Positions 10,486 through 20,345 of a stretch of DNA of 64,000 nucleotides are shown here, in pieces; positions within the stretch are counted from its first letter, which is position 1; every line of letters starts with the position of its first letter. The notes beneath the pieces are model-generated. The model was not told the origin of the DNA. It saw only the letters and a program-made list of their open reading frames with translations, and ran no database searches. The DNA comes from Actinomycetota bacterium (GTDB lineage Bacteria > Actinomycetota > Thermoleophilia > Solirubrobacterales > Solirubrobacteraceae). Made by a program: the position numbers and the translations under genes. The DNA is taken from the NCBI GenBank assembly GCA_005884115.1, contig VAXW01000004.1:290898-354897 (forward strand), given 5' to 3'.

Positions 10486-11536
10486 TCTCTCGCAGGACGT
10501 GCAGAACCATGCTGGGGCGGCGCGTCGCAGCGCCACCCGCCGCGCCGGACGCAGCTGTCGTGCGCACGCCGACCGCCGGGGCGACGGAGTCGACCAGCTG
10601 CTTGGCGGCCTCGCCCGCGGCGGCGAGGATCACCGACGTGTCGCTGCCCTCCCCCTGCCCCAGGACCACGCCGACCGCCGTCAGCTGGCGCCCGCCGACC
10701 GTCACGTGGGTGAAGAAGGCCAGGCACCCCCCCGCTGCCGAGTCCGACCCGGTCTTACCGGCGTAGCCCTCCGGGATCAGGGGGTTGAAGTTGGTCACCC
10801 TGCCGGCGACCGGCAGCGTCACGCTGGCCATAGAGACGATCTGGCGGAAGACCGTGAAGCGCATCGCCTGCTGGAATACGCGCAGCTGGTCGGCGGCGGT
10901 GGAGATCGTGCTCGGATCGAACCCGCTGGGATCGGTGTAGAACGTGTGCTCCATCCCGAGCGCGCGGGCCTCGGCGTTCATCGCGGCGAGGAAGCGCGTC
11001 TCGCTGCCCGCCACCCGGGCGGAGAGCATCTGGGCGATGTTGTTGCCGGAGGGAATCAGCAGCGCCTCCAGCAGCTGGCGCTCGGTCAGCTGCTCCCCGG
11101 CCCGCACCGCCACGACCGACTGGCCCCGGGCGGCGTCCTGGGCCTCGGCCTGCGTCTGGGCCGCAGTGACGGTGATCGTGAACCCGTCCTGTTCGCCGCT
11201 CAGCGGGTAGCGCTCGAGCGTCAGGTAGGCGGTCATCACCTTCGCCAGGCTGGCGATTGGGGCCGGCTGCTCGTGCGGGCTCGCCGCCGGCCGGCCGTTG
11301 CCGAGCACAAACGCCGCCTGTCCACGCTGCGGCCAGCTGACTGGCGTCTGGCGGATGGGGCCCTTGTCGTTGAGCATGCGGCCCTTGTCGTTCAGCAGGT
11401 GCGCGGCTCCCGTGAACGCCGTGTGGGCGAGAAGCAGGATGGCTACCGTGCCGAGCAGCACGCGGCGGCGGCGCGTGCTGTACACGCTCGGCCGGGTACG
11501 GCGCGCTGCTGTACGTGCTGGGTTGCTGTAGGCCAC
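10412..11536 (-). CDS. Serine D-Ala-D-Ala carboxypeptidase (peptidase S11)
   Basis: SxxK (ASLAKVMT), SxN (PSGNN) and KTG motifs; N-terminal membrane anchor; 3' end runs into the remnant. Confidence 0.88.
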   Translation of the reverse strand: MAYSNPARTAARRTRPSVYSTRRRRVLLGTVAILLLAHTAFTGAAHLLNDKGRMLNDKGPIRQTPVSWPQRGQAAFVLGNGRPAASPHEQPAPIASLAKVMTAYLTLERYPLSGEQDGFTITVTAAQTQAEAQDAARGQSVVAVRAGEQLTERQLLEALLIPSGNNIAQMLSARVAGSETRFLAAMNAEARALGMEHTFYTDPSGFDPSTISTAADQLRVFQQAMRFTVFRQIVSMASVTLPVAGRVTNFNPLIPEGYAGKTGSDSAAGGCLAFFTHVTVGGRQLTAVGVVLGQGEGSDTSVILAAAGEAAKQLVDSVAPAVGVRTTAASGAAGGAATRRPSMVLHVLRERPRAPSSAPASIPSVTKMYEVPPA

Positions 11537-11569
11537 GCCTCCAGACTGGGCAGCGCGCTGTTGTCAGCA

Positions 11570-11600
11570 CGTATGTGGTTTTCGATATGCGGACGATATG
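11570..11600. promoter_or_regulatory. Putative OmpR/VanR-type direct-repeat boxes
   Basis: CGATATG at 11583 and 11594 (11-bp period) plus CGTATG at 11570, between divergent genes. Confidence 0.55.
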
Positions 11601-11622
11601 TTCCGGCTGCGAGCATCGGAGC

Positions 11623-12318
11623 ATGCGTGTGTTGATCGTCGAGGACGAGCCCTATCTGGCAGAGGCCATCCGCGATGGCCTACGTCTGGAGGCGATCGCG
11701 ACAGATATCGCCGGTGACGGTGACGCTGCTCTGGAGCTGCTGAGCGTCAACACCTACGACATCGCCGTCCTCGATCGCGATATCCCCGGGCCCTCCGGCG
11801 ATGAGATCGCCGAACGCATCGTCGCCTCTAGCAGCGGCATGCCGATCCTCATGCTCACCGCTGCCGACCGTCTCGATGACAAGGCCTCCGGGTTCGAGCT
11901 CGGCGCCGACGACTACCTGACGAAGCCGTTCGAGCTGCAGGAGCTCGTGCTCCGTCTCAGGGCACTCGACCGCAGGCGCGCCCACAACAGGCCACCCGTG
12001 CGAGAGATCGCAGGCCTGCGTCTGGATCCGTTCCGCCGCGAGGTCCACCGTGACGGCCACTACGTCGCGCTCACGCGCAAGCAGTTCGCCGTGCTCGAAG
12101 TTCTCGTCGCTGCCGAAGGCGGTGTCGTCAGCGCCGAGGAGCTGCTGGAACGGGCGTGGGATGAGAACGCAAACCCGTTCACCAACGCCGTGCGCATCAC
12201 GGTCTCGGCACTGCGCAAACGCCTCGGCGAACCCTGGATCATCGCCACCGTGGCCGGCGTCGGGTACCGCATCGACACTCAACCAGACACCGGGCGCAAG
12301 GAACGGGACCTTGGATAG
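11623..12318 (+). CDS. vanR: VanR-like OmpR-family response regulator (actinomycete type)
   Basis: MRVLIVEDEPYLAEAIRDGLRLEAIA...NAVRITVSALRKRLGEP closely resembles Streptomyces VanR as recalled. Confidence 0.8.
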   Translation: MRVLIVEDEPYLAEAIRDGLRLEAIATDIAGDGDAALELLSVNTYDIAVLDRDIPGPSGDEIAERIVASSSGMPILMLTAADRLDDKASGFELGADDYLTKPFELQELVLRLRALDRRRAHNRPPVREIAGLRLDPFRREVHRDGHYVALTRKQFAVLEVLVAAEGGVVSAEELLERAWDENANPFTNAVRITVSALRKRLGEPWIIATVAGVGYRIDTQPDTGRKERDLG

Positions 12319-12444
12319 AGCCTCTGGTCTGAACGTCCGCCTCAAACGCCTGCCGAAGCTGGGCGGTGTCGTCTCCGCGGAGCAGCTGCCGGAACTGAGC
12401 CGCCCGTGATCGTGACCGTCCCCCAGGGCGGCTACCGGATCTGA
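12311..12444 (+). pseudogene. Scar: original vanS start fused to the C-terminal remnant of a second response regulator
   Basis: TTG-DRASGLNVRLK overlaps the vanR stop, then GGVVSAEQL and PVIVTVPQGGYRI*. Confidence 0.65.
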
Positions 12445-12446
12445 CC

Positions 12447-13673
12447 ATGCCGCGCCTCTCGCTCGCCGGGCTCATCCCGCGCCGGATGCTCCACCTGCCC
12501 TCGCGGACCGTCCGCCTGCGCCTGACCCTGCTCTACAGCGGCCTGTTTCTCGTGTCGGGGGCGGTGCTGCTCGCGATTACGTACCTGCTCTTCCGCAGCC
12601 GCACCGGCCCCGACCTGATCGTCGCGACCGGGAATCCGCACGGGTCGACCGGCCCACGCGCCCTCAAGGAAGCTCTGGCGAACCCGGATGTCGCCGGCTA
12701 TGTGCGCCATGTTGCCGAACAGCAATACGCCCAGGCTGTCAGCCGTCACGCCGACGATCTCCACCAGCTGCTCGTCCGGTCCGGGATCGCGCTGGCGATC
12801 ATGACCGTGGTCTCGATCGCACTCGGCTGGCTGGTCGCGGGCCGGGTCCTGCGCCCGCTGCGAGCGATGACGGCGACCACCCGGCAGATCTCCGAGCGGA
12901 ACCTGGACGAGCGCCTCGCGCTGTCGGGCCCCCGCGACGAGCTGAAGGATCTCGCCGACACCATCGATGGCCTCCTCGCGCGGCTCGAGGCACACGTCGC
13001 CGAACAGCAGAGATTCGCGGCCAACGCCTCCCACGAGCTGCGCACCCCGCTGGCGATCACGCAGACCCTCCTCGACGTGGCCCGCAGCGATCCGAACCGC
13101 GACGACGGCGAACTCGTCGAGCGCCTCCACGCCGTCAACACCCGGGCGATCGACCTCACCGAGGCATTGCTCCTGCTCAGCCGCGCCGACCAGCGCTCAT
13201 TCACCCGAGAGGACGTCGACCTGTCCCTCATGGCGGAAGAAGCCATCGAAACGCTCCTCCCCCTCGCAGAAGAGCGCGGCGTCACCATCGAGACCTCCCT
13301 CGAGATGACGCGCACCATCGGCTCGCGCGCCCTCCTGCTGCAGTTGAGCACGAACCTCGTGCACAACGCGATCGTCTACAACCTGCCTGACCAAGGCAGC
13401 GTCTGGGTCTCGACCAGCGCTCGCCCCGACGTCGTGGAGCTCAGGGTCGAGAACACCGGCGAGACGCTCGCGCCCCAGATGGTCTCCACGCTTGCCGAGC
13501 CATTTCTTCGCGGCGACGAACGCGTCCGCGCCGACCACGCAGGCGTCGGCCTCGGGCTGGCAATCGTCGAGAGCATCACCCAAGCACACGACGGCACCCT
13601 CACCCTTACCCCGCGAGCCGCCGGCGGGCTCCGCGTCACGGTGCGTATCCCCGCCGCGTCGCCTCCTCGATGA
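12447..13673 (+). CDS. vanS: HAMP sensor histidine kinase with a VanS-like catalytic core
   Basis: RFAANASHELRTPL, LHAVNTRAIDLTEALLLLSR, NLVHNAI, GVGLGLAIV. Confidence 0.75.
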   Translation: MPRLSLAGLIPRRMLHLPSRTVRLRLTLLYSGLFLVSGAVLLAITYLLFRSRTGPDLIVATGNPHGSTGPRALKEALANPDVAGYVRHVAEQQYAQAVSRHADDLHQLLVRSGIALAIMTVVSIALGWLVAGRVLRPLRAMTATTRQISERNLDERLALSGPRDELKDLADTIDGLLARLEAHVAEQQRFAANASHELRTPLAITQTLLDVARSDPNRDDGELVERLHAVNTRAIDLTEALLLLSRADQRSFTREDVDLSLMAEEAIETLLPLAEERGVTIETSLEMTRTIGSRALLLQLSTNLVHNAIVYNLPDQGSVWVSTSARPDVVELRVENTGETLAPQMVSTLAEPFLRGDERVRADHAGVGLGLAIVESITQAHDGTLTLTPRAAGGLRVTVRIPAASPPR

Positions 13674-14745
13674 CCTGAACGCGGCCGGAAGCCCGGCGGC
13701 GCGAGAGCCGGGTCGGTCCTGCCGTGCCCACGCCTGCTGCGTCGCGAACTGGACTGAGCCCGGGGACCCCCTTGGGCCCTCCACGGTAGGCGCCCGGCGC
13801 CACCCCGAAGGTGCGCTTGAACGCCCTCCCGAATGAGAACTCGCTCGCGTACCCGGCCCGCACAGCAATCTCGGCGATCGGTGCATTGGTCTTGTGCAAC
13901 AGGGCAGCGGCGTGCGCAAGCCGAGTGCGGGTTATGTAGCGCTTGGGCGACTCGCCCACGAGCTGGCGGAAACGCGCGGCGAAAGCAGAGCGCGACAGCG
14001 CGACCTCGGACGCGACCTCACCTACGGCCCAGGCCCGCTCGGGCTCGCGGTGGATGAGCTCGATCGCCTCCGCAATCTGCGGGTCGCCCAGCGCGCGGAC
14101 GCCGCCTCCGTTCGAGGATTCAAGCTCCGTCAACGCGACGCGCAAGGCCTGTGTGAGCAGCGCGTCAGCGAGGCGGCTGACGACCTCTTCGGACCCTGGG
14201 GCGTCCGAGGCGGTCTCCGCATTGAGCAGCTCGAGAGTTGCTGCCAGCCACGGAATGGGATGCCCGCCCACTCCGCGAACACACAGCGCCGGGGGGAGCG
14301 CGCGCAGGATCGCATGGGCGTGACCACCGTCGAGAGCAAACCCACCGCACAACAAGCCCGTCTCGCGCCCACCGCCTCCGTAGTGAAGGCGATGATGCTC
14401 ATCAAGGGGGGTGTCGGTCAGGATCTCCTCGAGCTCCGTCGCCGGGCTGTCGGGGTCGTCGCGCATCCAGTGCCTGGACCCGATCGGCAGGATTACGAGA
14501 TCGCCTGTCTCCAGGGCGATCGGCTCGGAATCGCCGTCGACCTCAAGCCAGCAGCTGCCGGCAGTGACGACGTGGAAAGCCGGATTTCCGTGAGGCTCGA
14601 CGCCGAACCCCCAGGGTGCGCCCATGACCGACCGGCAGTAGACCGTACTGCGGATGCGCAGCAGGCGCAGAACCTGGCTGACGGGATCGGAGGCGTCGAA
14701 GTCGCTTAGCAGCTCCACGGCGAGCGCGGCTCCTGCGGATCGCAA
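13636..14745 (-). CDS. AraC family regulator (cupin + HTH)
   Basis: FHVVTAGSCWL; LSRSAFAARFRQLVGESP; GYASEFSFGRAFKR. Confidence 0.9.
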   Translation of the reverse strand: MRSAGAALAVELLSDFDASDPVSQVLRLLRIRSTVYCRSVMGAPWGFGVEPHGNPAFHVVTAGSCWLEVDGDSEPIALETGDLVILPIGSRHWMRDDPDSPATELEEILTDTPLDEHHRLHYGGGGRETGLLCGGFALDGGHAHAILRALPPALCVRGVGGHPIPWLAATLELLNAETASDAPGSEEVVSRLADALLTQALRVALTELESSNGGGVRALGDPQIAEAIELIHREPERAWAVGEVASEVALSRSAFAARFRQLVGESPKRYITRTRLAHAAALLHKTNAPIAEIAVRAGYASEFSFGRAFKRTFGVAPGAYRGGPKGVPGLSPVRDAAGVGTAGPTRLSRRRASGRVQVIEEATRRGYAP

Positions 14746-14959
14746 CCGGATTTGGGCTGATCTGTGTACTGCATCACTCGCGCTCCCTGGGTACGCCCGT
14801 GCAGACGCCGGGTGCCGACAATACCTTCCTATCGCCCTCGATCAGTGCCTGCAGGGCCTTCGCGGCGTTTGGGACAAAGATCGTGGACGATCGGCCATTC
14901 CAACCGCTGAGTCGCAGCCATAACGTTGCCGCCACCCGTAGGCAACCAGGAGGCACAGC

Positions 14960-15325
14960 ATGGCCGACTCAGCGCAGGTGGCGGAGAGCTTCTTCGACGC
15001 CTGGACCAGCAAGGACTTCGAGCGTGCCCGGACATTCCTGCACGACGACCTCTCTTTCGAGGGTCCGATCGAGAGCTTCAGCGACGCCGACAGCTACATC
15101 GCGTCCCTGACGCAGCTCAGCGGGATCGTGACGGGCGCGGAGAAGCAGAAGGTGTTCGTCGACGGCGACGAGGTGTGCGTCATCTACGACCTGAAGACGG
15201 CTCCGGTCCCGAGCTCGCGCACGTGTGAGTGGTACCGGGTAAGCGACGGCAAGATCGCGTCGGTCTCGGTCGTTTTCGACGCCCGACCCTTTGCGCCGAT
15301 GTTCGAAGCGCAGCAGGGTCACTGA
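14960..15325 (+). CDS. SnoaL/NTF2-like protein
   Basis: FFDAWTSKDFERARTFLHDDLSFEGP; AGGAGG RBS; divergent from the AraC gene. Confidence 0.85.
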   Translation: MADSAQVAESFFDAWTSKDFERARTFLHDDLSFEGPIESFSDADSYIASLTQLSGIVTGAEKQKVFVDGDEVCVIYDLKTAPVPSSRTCEWYRVSDGKIASVSVVFDARPFAPMFEAQQGH

Positions 15326-15336
15326 GCCGAGGGACG

Positions 15337-15852
15337 ATGGTAGGCAAGCCCCCGCAGCGACGTAAGCCCAAAGACCTGGCCGGCTACCTCGACGCGCTCA
15401 GCCGGCCGGTCTTCCAGTCGGGCATGAACTGGCGGGTGATCGACGCCAAGTGGGACGGCATCCGCGACGCCTTTGCGAACTTCGACCCGGCCACCGTGGC
15501 CGACTTCGGGCCGCAGGAGATTCAGCGGCTGCTCAGCGATACCCGCGTCGTGCGCAGCAAGGCGAAGATCGAGGCCACGATCGACAACGCTCAGGCCGTC
15601 ATCGAGCTCGATGCAGAGTTCGGCGGCTTTGACCGCTACCTGCGCACACATGGCTCCTTCGAGGAGACGGTGGCCGACCTCAAGCGCCAGTTCCGCTACA
15701 TCGGCGACAGCGGCGCCTACCACTTCCTCTATGTCGTCAATCGGCCGGTGCCGCCCCACGAGGAGTGGTTCGCCGCAAGTCGTCGCACTGGCGGTGCCCG
15801 CCGGGCAAGCCGGAGAGCGCCCAAGAAGCCTCGGTCACGGAGCGCGGCGTGA
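15337..15852 (+). CDS. DNA-3-methyladenine glycosylase I-like protein
   Basis: VFQSGMNWRVIDAKW..IRDAFANFDP...VRSKAKIEATIDNA. Confidence 0.8.
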   Translation: MVGKPPQRRKPKDLAGYLDALSRPVFQSGMNWRVIDAKWDGIRDAFANFDPATVADFGPQEIQRLLSDTRVVRSKAKIEATIDNAQAVIELDAEFGGFDRYLRTHGSFEETVADLKRQFRYIGDSGAYHFLYVVNRPVPPHEEWFAASRRTGGARRASRRAPKKPRSRSAA

Positions 15853-15907
15853 GCCGCAACCCTGCGGCCCGCGGACACGTCGGGGCGTGATCTACGAGGA
15901 GGGAACG

Positions 15908-16336
15908 GTGGCGCTCATCACTCGCACGCAAGTCATCAAGAAGCCGGTCGAGGAGGTCTTCAGCGTCGTAGCCGACGGCGGCAACTTCGCTGCCTGGAAC
16001 CCCACGATCCGCGCCTCGCGCAGGCTCGACGCGGGAGCGATCGGCAACGGCGCGAGGTTCGAGTGGGACCTGCGTGGCTTCGGCGAGGTCGTCCAGGAGT
16101 TTCAGGAGTTCGAGCCGAACGTGCGCGTGCGGATCGTGCCGCACATCAAGAGGCTCGCGGGCGGGCACCGCTTCCGCTTCACCGCCAACGGCGATGAGAC
16201 CCGCATCGACCACGAGCTCGAGATGACCGCGAAGGGCATGTTCAGGCTATTTGCTCCGATGATGGGAATGATCGGTCGCAAGAACCTCCGCGACACCGCC
16301 AACGCGCTGCAGACACACCTCGAGCGCCGCGACTGA
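15908..16336 (+). CDS. SRPBCC (polyketide cyclase-like) protein
   Basis: IKKPVEEVFSVVADGGNFAAWNP; GAGGAGG RBS. Confidence 0.8.
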   Translation: MALITRTQVIKKPVEEVFSVVADGGNFAAWNPTIRASRRLDAGAIGNGARFEWDLRGFGEVVQEFQEFEPNVRVRIVPHIKRLAGGHRFRFTANGDETRIDHELEMTAKGMFRLFAPMMGMIGRKNLRDTANALQTHLERRD

Positions 16337-16675
16337 GCCCTAGCTCGCTCCGGGGTTCGTCGAGCCGAGCCAGTCGAGTGCATCCCACCGCCGCGCCCCT
16401 CGGCCCCGCAAGGCCGGGAGGGCAGACGATCGGTTAGGGCCCGTCACCTACCTGGCGACGCTGCGCGCACACATGCGATCGTCTGGCGCTCGCGATCAGA
16501 GTCCGGGGACATTGACACGCGGGCACGGCATGGCGTGGTCAGGCCCTGCCGCAAGCCGCAAGTCCGGGCCCACGCCCAGCAGCCGGGAGCGCACCGCACC
16601 CACTGCGTCTCGTCGGGAGTGGGGCGGCTGGCGCCCGCTGGCTTAGATGCCGCGCTGCTAGCGGGATCCGCTGTC

Positions 16676-16800
16676 CTACGCCACGCTGATAGTGCTGGCG
16701 AAGTCGAGGATGAGCTCTGCTGTCTCGTCGGGTCCCTCGGTCATCGGCGTGTGTCCCACCCCGGCGAGCATCTTCGCGCGCGCGTTCGTCTGCAGATTCC
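16676..16800 (-). pseudogene. C-terminal remnant of an alpha/beta hydrolase
   Basis: ARAKMLAGVGHTPMTEGPDETAELILDF* (catalytic His motif) with no upstream domain. Confidence 0.6.
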
Positions 16801-16829
16801 AGTTGCGCTGCTCGGCTTCAATTGCGGCG

Positions 16830-17186
16830 AGCCCGGGGTGTTCAGCGGCGAGTGGATCGATCGGATCATCGGTCTCGAGAACGTGACGGTCGAGGTCGTG
16901 ATGGCGCGCGCCCCCGACGGCAGCGACATGTTCGAGGTGGTGCGCTTCCGCTCGCCTTTCGCCGGCGCTCAAGAGCTGGCGCCGGCCCGCGAACCGTCCT
17001 GGGCTCCGGCACGTCGCATTCACCGTCGAGGACGTTCGTGGCGTCGTCGACCGTGTCCGAGAGGCCGGCTGGGAGACGGTCGGGGAGATCGTCGACTTCG
17101 AGAACACGTTCCTACTCTGCTACGTCCGCGGACCCGAAGGCCTGATCGTCGAGCTCGCCGAGCGGCTCGACGGCGCGCCGGGCTGA
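16830..17186 (+). pseudogene. VOC/glyoxalase gene, 5'-truncated and frameshifted
   Basis: GEWIDRIIGLENV..., frameshift near 16990, then PGLRHVAFTVED...YVRGPEGLIVELAE. Confidence 0.75.
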
Positions 17187-17190
17187 ACGG

Positions 17191-17236
17191 GCAGACTGAA
17201 CCGCCGCGGGTTTGAGGGAGGCGGTGGTTAGTCTGC
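17191..17236. terminator. Hairpin downstream of the VOC remnant
   Basis: GCAGACT-AACCGCCGC ... GCGGTGGTT-AGTCTGC imperfect inverted repeat. Confidence 0.4.
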
Positions 17237-17460
17237 CGCGGCCGACCGCATCTCTGCGTCGAGAACCTGTCGGCGGTCCGTCCGCTAGCAGCGAGCGTCG
17301 TTTCGGCGAGCCACCAATCCCCTGGGCGCAAAACGCAGCCGCCGCAATCGCTTCGCACACGCTGGTGCTCTCTCCCACGCCTCGGCCGCGTACGAAAGCA
17401 GGGTTCGGCGATCGGGTCAGGATGAGTTGAGATGCACTGGTAGGTCGGCCGCGGCCCGGG

Positions 17461-18108
17461 TCATGTCACCACCGTGTACTTGAGGTGCGCGACGCCCGGC
17501 GCCTCGACCGCCCGGACCTGCTCGAGCTGCACCTCCGCGGCCTCGAGGTTGTCGAAGAGGCGAGCACCGTCGCCGAGCAGTACTGGTACGACGTGGAGCT
17601 CAAGCTCATTCAGTAGTCCCGCTGCCATGTACTGGTTAGCGACCTGGGCGCCGCCCCAAAGCATGACGTCTTTGCCGCCGGCGGCGTCCCGTGCCTGTTC
17701 GAGCGCGGACTCGATTCCGTCGGTGACGAAGTGGAACGTGGTCCCTCCCTTCATCTCCACCGGATCACGGGGGTGATGGGTGAGGATGAACACGGGGTAG
17801 TGGTAGGGAGGGTCGTCGCCCCACCAGCCCGTCCACTGCTCGTCGCCCCAGGGGCCGCCGCCGACCGGGCCGAACATGTTCCGGCCCATCACCCCAGCGC
17901 CGACGTTCTCGCGCGATTCCTCGACTATCCGTGCGCTCTCGTTGACTTCGCCGCCCTGGTGGCCGTGGGATTGGCGCCAGGCCGCCAGTGGAACCACCCA
18001 GTCGTGGAGCCGCTCGCCGCCCTCGCCGAGCGGGTTCTCCTCGCTCTGGTTCGGGCCGGCGACGAACCCGTCCAGTGAGATCGAGATGTGGCATCTGAGC
18101 TTGCTCAT
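17461..18108 (-). CDS. Dihydrofolate reductase/RibD C-terminal family protein
   Basis: SISLDGFVAGP, GVMGRNMF, VFILTH, GGAQVANQY, PVLLGDG. Confidence 0.9.
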   Translation of the reverse strand: MSKLRCHISISLDGFVAGPNQSEENPLGEGGERLHDWVVPLAAWRQSHGHQGGEVNESARIVEESRENVGAGVMGRNMFGPVGGGPWGDEQWTGWWGDDPPYHYPVFILTHHPRDPVEMKGGTTFHFVTDGIESALEQARDAAGGKDVMLWGGAQVANQYMAAGLLNELELHVVPVLLGDGARLFDNLEAAEVQLEQVRAVEAPGVAHLKYTVVT

Positions 18109-18545
18109 CGTTCCTCCTGGTAGCTGTGTGGGGGGTGGGACTATAGTTAGGTAGGTGCTTAAGTATCATTCGGGCGGCGAGATCGATCGCGTTCCACCCG
18201 CTGGCCGATCCCAGTCGGCGGGTCATCGTCGAGCGGTTGAGTAGCGCCTTGGCCGACGCCGACCGCACAAGGCTGCGCCACAATCGGCGATGCATCGCGG
18301 GCACATTCCTCGGCGCCGGGCCCCGGGGCGTTCGCGCGCCGCCGGGGCCGACTAATGTAGACGCCGGCGACCATAGCTCTGGCGACGCGACGAGGCGAGG
18401 CTCGGTCGCCACGAATCGGCGGCAATCCGCGGCTCTCGCGCGCGATTTCAGGTACCACTAGTGCCTGAAATGGAGCGCGATCAGCGGCGATCTACTCGGA
18501 GGCCCCGCGGGCAGAACCAGCAGATGTGCAGCGCCTTCTCGAAAC

Positions 18546-18586
18546 GGAGCTAGCCGGACTCGAACCGGCGACCTCCTGGGTGCGAT
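18546..18586 (-). repeat. tRNA-Ala(CGC) 3' half (att-like remnant #1)
   Basis: Minus strand TCGCAC-CCAGG-AGGTC-GCCGG-TTCGAGT-CCGGC-TAGCTCC: anticodon loop, T-arm and Ala acceptor; no 5' half. Confidence 0.85.
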
Positions 18587-18742
18587 ACGGCTGCTCTGGA
18601 CGCGGATTCTGCGTCGAAAGATAGAAAGGGCAAAACCGCTCGGCTGTGGATGGGATCGGGGCGGCTCAGGCTTCCATCGGGCTTCCATGCGCGCGTCTCC
18701 GTTGCCAGGGCGACGTCTATCCTGCTGCTCGTGGCCGATCGG

Positions 18743-19549
18743 GTGAACGGGGCGGAAGTCGCGCTGGTTACCGGTGGGGGCCGCGGGATCGGCGCCCGGA
18801 TCGCGCACGAGCTCGCGGACGCGGGCATGCGGGTCGCCGTTGCCTCACGCTCGCGTGAGCAGGTAGAGGAGGTCGCGAGCGAGATAAGCGGGATTGGGGT
18901 TCAGGCCGACGTGTCCGATCAGGCAGAGGTGTCGGGCATGGTTGGCCGAGTCGAACGCGAGCTCGGGCCGATCGACGTGTTGGTCAACGACGCGGGCGTG
19001 ATGAGCCGCCCCAGTCGAGAAGCTCCACGATCACCGCAAGCACCGGATGCCCCGCCGATCTGGGAGGAGGACCCAGCGGACTGGTGGCACGTATTCGAGG
19101 TCAACGTGTTAGGTAGCTATCTCTGCTGTCGCGCGGTTCTGCCGGGCATGATCGAGCGGCGACGGGGCCGCATCGTCAACGTCGGTAGCGGCGCGGCGTA
19201 CCTGCCCGTGACACCGAGCAATGTCATCGGCACCGCGTACGGAGCAAGCAAGGCGGCGCTGTACCGCTTCGGAGAGCTGCTGGCGGGACGAGTTGCCGAG
19301 CACGGGATCTCCGTCTTTACGATCAGCCCCGGGCTGGTGCGGAGCGCAATGACCGAGTCGCTCGGCGATGACGCTCCATGGACGCCGCCAGAGCTGGCGC
19401 CGCGCCTCATCCGCGTCTTGGTGTCCGGACGCGCGGACCGCCTAAGTGGCCGCTACATCCACGCCGAGCACGACGACATCGAAGACCTGATCCGACGGGC
19501 CGACGAAGTCAACGACAGCGACCTAAACGCTATTCGGTTGCGGCGCTGA
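18743..19549 (+). CDS. SDR family oxidoreductase
   Basis: TGGGRGIG, VNDAG, YGASK. Confidence 0.9.
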   Translation: MNGAEVALVTGGGRGIGARIAHELADAGMRVAVASRSREQVEEVASEISGIGVQADVSDQAEVSGMVGRVERELGPIDVLVNDAGVMSRPSREAPRSPQAPDAPPIWEEDPADWWHVFEVNVLGSYLCCRAVLPGMIERRRGRIVNVGSGAAYLPVTPSNVIGTAYGASKAALYRFGELLAGRVAEHGISVFTISPGLVRSAMTESLGDDAPWTPPELAPRLIRVLVSGRADRLSGRYIHAEHDDIEDLIRRADEVNDSDLNAIRLRR

Positions 19550-19712
19550 GAGGTACCGCCGTGCCCAAGCAGGGCAACAAGCTGTCCATGATCCGCTGGG
19601 CTCACACTCCGCCCCAAAAGAGCCTAGGAGAACAGCCTTAGGGGCGTCCCGCACCGCCCCTGCGCCGCGGATGCGATGATGGTGAGACCTCGAACGCAAA
19701 TCGGCGTCAATG

Positions 19713-20171
19713 TTAAGGCGCCGCGCCACCTTCCACCTGACGTCTGAGTTGTTCGTTTTCCCGTTCGGCCTTACGTAGGTTCGTTTCGGCTTCGCGCGCG
19801 CGTGCTTCGCTTTCGGCGCTCGCCGGCGAAGTCGTGGTGACGGTTTTCGTTCGTACTTCGACGGTTGGCTGAGTCTGTGTCTGCGTGACGGTCCGCGTGA
19901 GCGCGGGCTGGCCCCCCGCCTGCGTTTGGGTGACGGTCTTGCCTTTGCCGCCAACGGCGATGCCGATGAGGACGCCCAGCAACACGCACACGATGCCGGC
20001 GACCAGCGCCGCTAATGGGTTCCCCCAGGCGCGATCATCTGGAGGCGGCGCGGGAGGTGGGCGTTCGACGTCGGGCTGTGCGGGGATCGGCTGCCTTGGC
20101 CGTAGCGGAGCGCCGAGCCGTTCCGTCGGCCGTGTGGGGGGTGCGGGTGGTCGAGGAGTTCCCGCGTTCAT
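19713..20171 (-). CDS. Hypothetical single-pass membrane protein
   Basis: Pro-rich N-terminus, hydrophobic helix, Thr-rich linker, coiled-coil tail. Confidence 0.6.
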   Translation of the reverse strand: MNAGTPRPPAPPTRPTERLGAPLRPRQPIPAQPDVERPPPAPPPDDRAWGNPLAALVAGIVCVLLGVLIGIAVGGKGKTVTQTQAGGQPALTRTVTQTQTQPTVEVRTKTVTTTSPASAESEARAREAETNLRKAERENEQLRRQVEGGAAP

Positions 20172-20345
20172 GCGAGTGACCTACCCACTAGCGCCAGCGT
20201 TAGTCGAGTATCGACAGTTGTCTTAGTCTCTGGGCTCGCCTCAGTGAGCATCGGCTTCCGTAGAGCGCATCGATGGATGGCCGGCCTGCGCGATGAGTTC
20301 CGATCTGTCGACGGGTCATGAGTACAAACGTGAAAGGAGGCCTGC

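Noticed and set aside
16653-17293. 12-bp inverted repeat CGCTGCTAGCGG flanking two gene remnants
   Set aside because: No transposase or target duplication; could arise by chance at this GC content.
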